Below, in pieces: positions 38,201 to 46,509 of a DNA stretch of 64,000 bases. The DNA is from a virus. Taxonomy: Duplodnaviria; Caudoviricetes. The position numbers and the translations under genes were made by a program. The notes beneath the pieces are model-generated. The model was not told the origin of the DNA. It worked only from the letters and a program-made list of their open reading frames with translations, and searched no databases. Positions within the stretch are counted from its first letter, which is position 1. Each line of letters opens with the position of its first letter. The stretch is taken from IMG/VR virus record IMGVR_UViG_3300021255_005861, positions 96,001-160,000 of that record; one strand, written 5' to 3'.

Positions 38201-39058
38201 TTAGACTATAGCAGGTTCTAGCATCTTATGCGGTTCTACTACGGGAAGTTCTAATATTTCTTCGCCGATTTTAACATAATTCACGTCTAGTTTACGGGTT
38301 TTCAGTATTTCTACAGCCTTTTCCAAAGATTCCTTCCACGCAGGGAAAAGTTCTCCAAGTCCGAATTCCATATAGAGTTCATCAAGGTCCATAACTACAC
38401 CGATAGCCCAGTTTACATCTGCTTCCGTGAAATCTTCGTGTAGTGCCTTATCCCGGAATTTGTCATATCGGGGATTCATTGAAACAATACGGTCATATTC
38501 TTCTTTGGATTTAAACCCGAAGATGCATTTTTCCACGAGGTCCTTGTTTTCCCCTAGTTCTCGCAAGTAATGAAAACCATCATCATTCAATCCTATAATT
38601 TTTGTACCTAATAGTTCTTTTGCGATGATATTAGGTATAGGATAACCGCCATATTTCTTAAAGTAATGCTCGATGATACCGCTAACTTCCGCCCAGTACC
38701 ACTTGTCGAAATTGGCAATATCGTGTTTTACGATTTCAATAACGCCCTCACGATACTGCGGATTACTACGGATTCCCGTAATACCGGTCATCTTCTTACC
38801 CGGCAACCGGCCTTCATAGATAGCAAGGGCCGCACGTTCTCCATCCGTCAAGGCGAACCTTACTTCGGATAAGTTCTTCAGAAGCGTAGAGTCTTTGGAG
38901 GGTCCTACCCAACCATCAAGACTAGATGCCTTGTATCCTTCATCTAAAGTCTTTCTAATATACCCGATTAACGGAGCAATCTCATCCTTTTCTGTAATGA
39001 ACTGCAACTGGATGTTATTCTCGTTAATATGCTCATTAACTTTTATTTTTAGCGACAT
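38201..39058 (-). CDS. Hypothetical AT-rich protein with KIKVNE leader
   Basis: MSLKIKVNEHINEN; WAEVSG and DGFHYLR segments. Confidence 0.65.
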   Translation of the reverse strand: MSLKIKVNEHINENNIQLQFITEKDEIAPLIGYIRKTLDEGYKASSLDGWVGPSKDSTLLKNLSEVRFALTDGERAALAIYEGRLPGKKMTGITGIRSNPQYREGVIEIVKHDIANFDKWYWAEVSGIIEHYFKKYGGYPIPNIIAKELLGTKIIGLNDDGFHYLRELGENKDLVEKCIFGFKSKEEYDRIVSMNPRYDKFRDKALHEDFTEADVNWAIGVVMDLDELYMEFGLGELFPAWKESLEKAVEILKTRKLDVNYVKIGEEILELPVVEPHKMLEPAIV

Positions 39059-39076
39059 AGTTATGTTTCCTTTGAA

Positions 39077-39151
39077 AAATGCCCCAAAAACACGTTAAGT
39101 AGGAGATCGTATTTTCGGGGCATTTAAATTCTTTAGCCATCCAACTCCTAC
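39077..39151 (-). promoter_or_regulatory. 5'-leader pseudoknot of 38201-39058
   Basis: 18-bp aaatgcccc...ggggcattt stem, 13-nt loop ctcctac pairing with upstream gtaggag. Confidence 0.6.
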
Positions 39152-39254
39152 ATAGGACAGCATATTTCCAAGTATAAATATAATATATATTCCGCAGAAA
39201 AACAACAATGTAAGAAGAAAATAAGATTTTGCCATCCTGCTATATCATTTCCCG

Positions 39255-40295
39255 ATGCCCCACAACCTAGAGAAATTGACATACGGCATATCCGAGCTGC
39301 TCGACACGCTCGGCCTCAAGGGCTCGGTAGTTACCGTGTCAAGGGACGTGCTCGAGGTGCGCCTGTCCAAGGACGACGCCTTCGGCAGCGCCTTCCCGCT
39401 CAAGGAGCGCCCGCAGGTGCGACTCCACGCCGAGCCCATACTGCCCGACCGCAAGCCGAAGAAGAAGGAAGAGAAGCCCCCCGAGCAGGGGTTCTTCAAG
39501 GTGGCCTCCACCGACCCGATGAACTCGTGCGGCCTCGACGAGGAACAGCGCGAGGCGCTCTACGCCCTAGTGAACGGCAAGTACCCGTTCCTCTCCAAGA
39601 CCAAGACGGACTCCCGGACGTGGGAGTGCACGTGCAGGGAGATAGTGTGGATAGCCGAGGGGCTGTTCTGGAAGTCGCACCGCTGGGATCCGGCGTGGCT
39701 CGGGCGCATGACCAAGAAGGGTGTTGGCCCGCAACTCATGTCCGGGCTGGCCACGGGGGCGCACGCCGTCATCCGCGCCCTCGCCGACAGCCTCGACGCC
39801 GTGGTGGAGCGGAACAAGGAGGGCTTCTGGTGGCCGTCCGTCGAGAAGGGCAGGCAGAAGAGGGAGCCCCTGCTCAGCTTCCTCGTGTCCCGCACCCGCA
39901 AGGGTACGGAGTGGAGCCCCTTCTGCGAGATATTCTGGGAGCGGAACAAGGCCGAGTCCATATCGTCCGGCCTGCCCGAGCGTGTGGTGGCCGTGGCGCA
40001 CCGCATCATGGACGAGTCCCCGTGGCTCTCCTCGCTCCCGAAGCACTCCCAGGATTCCTACTGGGACGGGGTGCGCAAGTACTACGAGTGGTACATGGCT
40101 GAGCGGGATACGCTTATGCGGAACACGAGGAACAGGGCCAAGTTGTCCGACTCGGGATCGGCCATAGATCTCGTGTACCAGTGGGACTCCGAGAATGGCC
40201 ACAGGAAGGTGTCGGCGCGGTTCGTTCACCCCGGAGTAGACCTATGGGGGCCGTTCAAGGCCTGGTGCAAGGACACGAGAGGCATAACTTTGTAA
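39255..40295 (+). CDS. Hypothetical protein
   Basis: 346-aa ORF directly after the promoter motif. Confidence 0.7.
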   Translation: MPHNLEKLTYGISELLDTLGLKGSVVTVSRDVLEVRLSKDDAFGSAFPLKERPQVRLHAEPILPDRKPKKKEEKPPEQGFFKVASTDPMNSCGLDEEQREALYALVNGKYPFLSKTKTDSRTWECTCREIVWIAEGLFWKSHRWDPAWLGRMTKKGVGPQLMSGLATGAHAVIRALADSLDAVVERNKEGFWWPSVEKGRQKREPLLSFLVSRTRKGTEWSPFCEIFWERNKAESISSGLPERVVAVAHRIMDESPWLSSLPKHSQDSYWDGVRKYYEWYMAERDTLMRNTRNRAKLSDSGSAIDLVYQWDSENGHRKVSARFVHPGVDLWGPFKAWCKDTRGITL

Positions 40296-40308
40296 ATTTG
40301 GTAGCCAC

Positions 40309-40683
40309 ATGGAAAAGAAAAGAAAGACTGCAGGCCCGAGGCATCCGGGCAAGGACAAGTACCCGGTGCATCACGAGGCCGAGACTATAACCATTCCACG
40401 CGCCGAATACGACGCGATGGTGGAGGAACTGCGGGACAGGCGCATGCGTGCCAACCGCAGGTGGATATCCACCGATACGAGGCTCCCGGATCCCGAGGAG
40501 TACGTAATCGTGTACGGGTCGGACTGGTGGAATGGTGGCAGTTACGCGATGCTGAAGGTAATGAAGGAACGTGGCCCGTTCGGTGAGATTCAGTGGTCGG
40601 ACGGGAACGGTCCCGTGTCCGTTGAGGACATCTCGTACTGGACGCATTTTCCCGCAGCCCCGCGAGGTAGAGATGGAAATTAA
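40309..40683 (+). CDS. DUF551-like protein
   Basis: WISTDTRLPD...SYWTHFPAAP. Confidence 0.7.
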   Translation: MEKKRKTAGPRHPGKDKYPVHHEAETITIPRAEYDAMVEELRDRRMRANRRWISTDTRLPDPEEYVIVYGSDWWNGGSYAMLKVMKERGPFGEIQWSDGNGPVSVEDISYWTHFPAAPRGRDGN

Positions 40684-41398
40684 GGGAAAGGTACACTGCT
40701 TATTCGAACAATCTGGGGTATTCAAGAACCAGTTCAAGGAACTCGGGTACGAGGCTTTCGACTACGACATCCAAAACCACTTCCACGAGACCGACCACGT
40801 GGTGGATCTGTTCAAGGCGATAGAGGACGCCTACGACGGGAAGCCGAGCCTCTTCGACGACATCACGCCCGACGACCTCATCATGGCGTTCTTCCCTTGC
40901 ATCTACTTCTCGTGCATGAGCCAGATGCTCATAAGTTACACGCACCGCAACTACACGAATTACTCGCCAAAGGAGCGCTTCGACGCCATCCTCCAGCGTT
41001 CGGCGAACCGCGAGCTGTTCTTCTCCCGCGCCGTTAAGATGCTGGCCGTGGCGAAGATCCGGGGCCTTAGGATAATCATGGAGAACCCGTGGAGCGAGCA
41101 GACGTTTCTCAAGCAGAACTTCCCGTTCAACCCCAGCGTCGTGGACATGAACCGGACGCTCCGCGGCGACTACTACGTGAAGCCTACCGCCTACTGGTTC
41201 ATCAACTGCGAGCCAACGAACGGGCAGACGCTACAGCCACGGAAGCCGGGGAAGAATATCTGCCAGGTAGCCCCCAACGGGATGCCCGGAATCTGTAACG
41301 AGGAACGCAGCCTCATACACCCGGACTACGCCCGCAACTTCATCTGCGACTTCGTGCTCGGGAAACGGCAGGAATTTGGGCAACTCTCGCTCTTCTAA
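40673..41398 (+). CDS. Divergent phage C5 DNA methyltransferase-like protein
   Basis: CLFEQSG, FFPC, MENP, KPT motifs; ends QLSLF. Confidence 0.7.
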   Translation: MEIKGKVHCLFEQSGVFKNQFKELGYEAFDYDIQNHFHETDHVVDLFKAIEDAYDGKPSLFDDITPDDLIMAFFPCIYFSCMSQMLISYTHRNYTNYSPKERFDAILQRSANRELFFSRAVKMLAVAKIRGLRIIMENPWSEQTFLKQNFPFNPSVVDMNRTLRGDYYVKPTAYWFINCEPTNGQTLQPRKPGKNICQVAPNGMPGICNEERSLIHPDYARNFICDFVLGKRQEFGQLSLF

Positions 41399-41452
41399 CG
41401 GGTTTTGCCCCTACGCTATATTGGTAAAAACTCTCGCTAAAAGGAATATTTT

Positions 41453-42562
41453 ATGGGAATACGAGTATTGAGCCTTTTCGACGGCATGGGTTGCGGCAGG
41501 ATAGCCCTGGAGGAACTCGGAGTCAAGGTGGACACGTACTACGCGTCGGAGGTAGACAAGAACGCCATCGCAATGGAAACTCTAAACTTCCCGGACACGG
41601 TCTGCCTCGGCGACGTGACTAAGGTGGACGCCCGCAAGCTCGGGCACATCGACCTGCTTATCGGCGGGTCGCCGTGCTTCACTAAGGGACACAAGGTACT
41701 TACCGAGAACGGGGAGAAGAACATCGAGGACATCGTGCTCGGCGACAGGGTGTTGACACACACGGGTTCGTATATGCCCGTAATCGATGTAGGAAGCAAG
41801 TTCTCGGACGACCTTTACGAGATGGTTCTCGCTGACGGGACTACGTATCACGTGACAGGAAACCATCCGTTCTATGCTACTACCGATGGGAAGGTTTTTT
41901 CCTGGGTGGCCTGTTCGGAACTTACCCCGGAACATGGGATACTGAAGGTAGACCGAGTCACGGTCACGCAGTTCAAGGGCAGGGATAGGATACCGGGCGA
42001 TACCGTGTACAACATGACTGTGGACGTGGACCACAGCTACTCGGTTAATAATTACTTTGTACATAATTGCACGAACTTCAGTTTCGCCGGTCGCCGCAAC
42101 GGCATGAATACTACCACGAACGAAGAAATATACTCGCTCGATCGCTATCTTGAACTCAAGCGCGATGGCTTCCAGTTTGACGGCGAGTCCTACCTGTTCT
42201 GGGAGTACATGCGCATCCTCGGGGAACTCCGCGAGACTAACCCGGACGTGTTCTTCTTTTTGGAGAACGTTGAGATGGGTGAGAAGTGGGAATCCGTGCT
42301 GACGAAGGCGATCGGTATTCCCGGCGTGCACGTCAATTCCGCCCTCGTGTCCGCGCAGAACCGCCGTCGCATCTATTGGACTAATATCCGTACGAAGAAT
42401 GGGGGACTGCTCGGGTTCGGGTGGCAGGTACCCGACATCCCGCAGCCCGAGGACAAGGGCATCATGCTCTCGGACGTGCTCGACGACGTAGTGGACAGGA
42501 AGTACTATCTCAAGGACGAGGTGGTGGACAAGCTGCTCGCCAACGGGGTGAAGGGTGCGTAA
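41453..42562 (+). CDS. C5 DNA methyltransferase, N-terminal catalytic part (motifs I-VIII) with intein
   Basis: LFDGMGCG, GGSP-[intein]-C, LENV, QNRRRIYW; stops before the TRD. Confidence 0.9.
   Translation: MGIRVLSLFDGMGCGRIALEELGVKVDTYYASEVDKNAIAMETLNFPDTVCLGDVTKVDARKLGHIDLLIGGSPCFTKGHKVLTENGEKNIEDIVLGDRVLTHTGSYMPVIDVGSKFSDDLYEMVLADGTTYHVTGNHPFYATTDGKVFSWVACSELTPEHGILKVDRVTVTQFKGRDRIPGDTVYNMTVDVDHSYSVNNYFVHNCTNFSFAGRRNGMNTTTNEEIYSLDRYLELKRDGFQFDGESYLFWEYMRILGELRETNPDVFFFLENVEMGEKWESVLTKAIGIPGVHVNSALVSAQNRRRIYWTNIRTKNGGLLGFGWQVPDIPQPEDKGIMLSDVLDDVVDRKYYLKDEVVDKLLANGVKGA
41675..42067 (+). other. Mini-intein (131 aa) at the catalytic PC motif
   Basis: CFTKG...TGNHPF...FVHN/C. Confidence 0.9.
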
Positions 42563-43836
42563 CAAGGCCTTATGTATGCCCTGCCTGCGCTACGGTGTGG
42601 TGGTACCCGAGTCGCAGAAAGTTCCTTGTCTTATATCTACGTACCAGCAGGACAGGTTCTACGACCCCGCGGGCGGGTTGCTCCCTGCGCTGGCTAAAAA
42701 CCTTGAAGGATTTTTGATTTTGGTCTATGAAGAAAGTGCTCGTTAATCCGCTCTTCAACCACCCGGTACACGGATGGCTCACGCTGTTGCAGGCCGAGGA
42801 TAAGTCGTTCTGCCTGTGCGCCAAGTACGCGCATCAGCCACGGTTCGACATCAAGACGTACATTATGGATTATGAGGATGTGGCATGATTAGGTGCACGT
42901 GGAAACAGCAACGCAGCGAGTTCGGGAAGCTCCACCGGCACGAATACGAAAACCTGCACTCGCGGGAATACGGCGGTAGGCAGGCCATGAAGGAAAAGGC
43001 GCTCGTGTTCGACAAGTGCGGACCGCTTACGCTCGCCCTCGGCGACAACGTCATCTTGGAACTGGACGAGGTGTAGCCATGTCCGTTAATGTTTTGCGCA
43101 TCCGAAGAAGCGACTACGGGAAAGAGCACCGCAAGGCGTACGAGTACGGGCATTCCCGCGAATACGGCGGGATGCAGTCCATGGTGGAACGCTATCCTAG
43201 TACCGACGGCAAGAGCGGCCCGCTAACGACCGTGCTCAAGGACAACTTAGTGATCCATTATGAGTAGTGCTCGTATATGATTTTGCCCACCCGCTATAAT
43301 GTACGATATGGATAAGATGCCGGTTCTAGTTGGATACAAGTGTGGAGTGACCCCCCCCCATGCAACGGGAAGGCGCCTACACTCACGACGGAACTGGCGC
43401 ACCGGACGAACTCGTACGGCCTGCCCCACGTTTTGATATTTGAGATATTTAATGGAAAAGAACCTTAGAAACCCCCCCCCTCCCCCGGAAAGGAAGGTAC
43501 ATGAAGACTAGCATGCATTTCAGCAAGAGTTACTTCGGCGTGGACACTTGCACGGATCCTGCGTCATCAAAAAGTTGCTGTCTTACGAGCGGGGACTACC
43601 CTACGGTACATGCGGGTGGAGTTGAAGGGTTCTGCAAAAGGACATACTTGTTGGACATTGAGGTACTTGAATGAGGGTCGCATGTAATCCTACATGGAAG
43701 AATGGAATACTCATACCCCCCCCAGAGGAGGAACAAGAGTACTTGCATACAGGCGTTCCTGTGCAAGTGGTTCGTGCCAAGTAAGACTCATGACCTGACG
43801 TTCGTGATGGACTATGAAATTTTAGAAAAGGAATAA
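42555..43836 (+). other. Array of seven TRD-like microgenes (42555-42746, 42727-42888, 42885-43076, 43079-43267, 43308-43468 frameshifted, 43501-43674, 43671-43836 frameshifted)
   Basis: Each has K-x-x-[CTP]-[LI] and a C-terminal hydrophobic strand; starts and stops are coupled. Confidence 0.65.
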
Positions 43837-43839
43837 CCG

Positions 43840-44649
43840 ATGGCATTTTTCGACATGGAAGAGATAAAGCCCAAGGAGGAACCGTCCTCCGACGGGAGAA
43901 TTATAACTCTCAACGGCAAGAAGGTGCACGTCCTCGGTATCCGCAGGCTCACTCCCGCCGAGTGCGCCCGCCTGCAGACCATACCCACGTGGTACGCATG
44001 GTACGGCAACTACGCGGATGAACTCGTGGACGGGGTGTCCACGAAGGGGTATAACGTGGCCCTCGGGCTGCTCTCGTCGGACGTCGTCACCAAGAACGTG
44101 TCCGAGGTGCTCTCCGTCATCCCCGTGGTGGAATCCTCGTGCACGCAGGTCAAGGCGGAGAAGCTCTCCGTGTCCTTCGATACGGACATCCCGGATTCTA
44201 GCGCCCGCTCGGTGTTGTTCGTCAAGGGCAAGGACGAGACGTCGCTCCCCGCCGGGTTTACCCGTGAGGTGGACATGGGAGGGTATCAAGTGTCGGTTAT
44301 GCCTTCCGGCGTGCTGTCGGGCAGGTTGCCGGAGTCTACCGACGAGGTGGGTTTCATCAAGGTGCTCAAGGGCTTGCACGACGAGAGCCCCGTTACGGCG
44401 GTGTCGTACTTGATAGCGTGGTCTCTGTGCCGCGGTATCCTCGCCACGATGCACGGGGTGTCCCTCCGCGTGGACGGGACATGCACGGTCGCGGCAGGCA
44501 GGCTGACGTGGGAACTAACGTCGCTCCGGATTGGGCAGGTCAAGCAGATAAGCGACTCCAGCATATACAAGGCTCTCGGCAACGGGTGGACGGTGGATGT
44601 CGTCAAGCACTTCTTCTCGTTCCTCCCGAAGGAATGGCGTGCGGCGTGA
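43840..44649 (+). CDS. C5 DNA methyltransferase, C-terminal part (motifs IX-X) with a large insertion
   Basis: RRLTPAECARLQT ... YKALGNGWT. Confidence 0.85.
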   Translation: MAFFDMEEIKPKEEPSSDGRIITLNGKKVHVLGIRRLTPAECARLQTIPTWYAWYGNYADELVDGVSTKGYNVALGLLSSDVVTKNVSEVLSVIPVVESSCTQVKAEKLSVSFDTDIPDSSARSVLFVKGKDETSLPAGFTREVDMGGYQVSVMPSGVLSGRLPESTDEVGFIKVLKGLHDESPVTAVSYLIAWSLCRGILATMHGVSLRVDGTCTVAAGRLTWELTSLRIGQVKQISDSSIYKALGNGWTVDVVKHFFSFLPKEWRAA

Positions 44650-45315
44650 AGGACTGGACGGGAAATCGCAACAGCACGGTAGCGCTACTAGGTAGCACCC
44701 GCGACACGGAAAACGTGCGTGAGGACAACGACTTCTACGCCACGCACCCGCTTGCTACGGAACTGTTGCTTGAACTGGAGGAGCTCTCGCACGATGTGTG
44801 GGAACCCTGCTGCGGGCAGGGTCATATCGGGAAGGTACTCGCGGCACGGGGCTTCAACGTGAAGGCTACAGATCTTGTCTACCGCGGATATGGTAGGGGG
44901 GGGGGAGGACTTCCTGCAGTGCACTACCCCGTTCGACGGGGATATCGTCACGAACCCCCCGTACATGTACGCCCCAGAGTGCGTCATCAAGGCATTGGAG
45001 CTCATCCCCGAAGGCCGCAAGGTCTGCATGTTCCTCAAGCTGCAGTTCCTGGAAGGACTTTCCCACTATGAACTTTTCAAGGCATACCCGCCACGGACTA
45101 TTTACGTGGCCGTACGCCGCATGCAGTGCAGCAAGGGCGGGAAGTTCCTCGACGCCTCCATGGTGTGCTATTGCTGGTTTGTATGGATTAAGGGGTTTAA
45201 AGGTACACCCGAATTGAAATGGTTCAACTACGAGGCCCGCGAGACCGCATATCCCGAACTGCTGCACATCGCCAACCCCGAAGATACTCCAGGCACATAC
45301 CCGAAGTTCTTCTAG
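44646..45315 (+). pseudogene. Amino (N6-adenine type) DNA methyltransferase frameshifted at a G10 tract
   Basis: DFYATHP and WEPCCGQG in one frame, DFL...TNPPY in the other; G9 restores the frame. Confidence 0.8.
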
Positions 45316-45362
45316 GGGGGTCTGCTATATTATATTCAACACCTGCATAAAGGAAAAAAACT

Positions 45363-46436
45363 ATGATTACTATCGAACACGAAAAACTCCTCTCCGCCCT
45401 CAAGAAGGTGCTCCCCGGCGTTGATGCCGGCACTACCGTCGTTACGGGCGCAACCCAGGTACTCTTTACCGGCAAGGCCGTCTGCTCCTACAACGGCACG
45501 ACCTCCGTCACTACCCCGCTGGATATGCAGGAACTCGCCTTCTCCGTCAAGGGGATGGACCTGTACAACCTGCTCTCCAAGTTCAACGAGCAGTCCGTGG
45601 AACTGGATGTCGCGGGAAATAAGCTGAAACTCAAGTCAGGCCGCACCCGCGCCTCCCTCACTACGCTGGACGGGACTACCCTGCAGGCCAACGTGGACGC
45701 CCTTGCCCTGGGCGACGTGGAGTTCAAGCCGCTCCCGGACACCTTCATTACGGGTCTTGCCATGTGCAAGTTCAACAACCCGAAGAAGGAACTGGATGGC
45801 ATGGCCGTGGGTCCGTACAAGGACGCCTCCGCCATCTTCGCCACCGACACGAACCGCATCTGCATCTACGAACTCCCGGAAAAGATGGACGACTTTTGGA
45901 TCGGCAGTTCCGCTATCGGGACTATTACCAAGCTCGGCACGCCGAAGGAATACTGCGTATCCGGTGCATGGCTCCACGTCAAGTACGACGATGGCACGGT
46001 TCTCTCCGTTACCCGCGTCAGCGGCACCAAGTTCCCGTACCCCGTTCCGCAGTGCACCGCCAACATGGACGCGGCGCTCAAGTCCGAGCCCATCCTCGAG
46101 GGCACGCTCCCCGAGAACATCAAGGACGTTGTCGCCCGCGTGTCCGTGCTCGCGTCCTGCGTGAACAACACGTCCAACATCATCAAGATGTCGTTCAGCG
46201 CCGAGGGTATCGAACTATACGCCGAGAACAACGACGGCTCCGCCACGGAATCCGTGTCCTGGGGTACCGCTCCCGAGGGAGAGTTCCAGCCGACGGACAT
46301 CTGGGTGGACAAGGCCTTCCTCCTCGAGGCCACGAACACGCTCATCCGCTTCAGCCTGTCCCGCGTGGGCAACATGACGGTAATGCTGTTCCGTACCGAG
46401 GGCTACAGCCAGCTCGTTGCCACGATGCAACGCTAA
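45363..46436 (+). CDS. Sliding clamp (beta-clamp-like)
   Basis: 357 aa, ATDTNRI motif, adjacent to the polymerase. Confidence 0.75.
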   Translation: MITIEHEKLLSALKKVLPGVDAGTTVVTGATQVLFTGKAVCSYNGTTSVTTPLDMQELAFSVKGMDLYNLLSKFNEQSVELDVAGNKLKLKSGRTRASLTTLDGTTLQANVDALALGDVEFKPLPDTFITGLAMCKFNNPKKELDGMAVGPYKDASAIFATDTNRICIYELPEKMDDFWIGSSAIGTITKLGTPKEYCVSGAWLHVKYDDGTVLSVTRVSGTKFPYPVPQCTANMDAALKSEPILEGTLPENIKDVVARVSVLASCVNNTSNIIKMSFSAEGIELYAENNDGSATESVSWGTAPEGEFQPTDIWVDKAFLLEATNTLIRFSLSRVGNMTVMLFRTEGYSQLVATMQR

Positions 46437-46509
46437 CTATTTGGTGCATAAAATACCTCACACGGGCGGAGGATATCCGCCCGTGCTTTTTCAACCTCAC
46501 AGGATTTTC

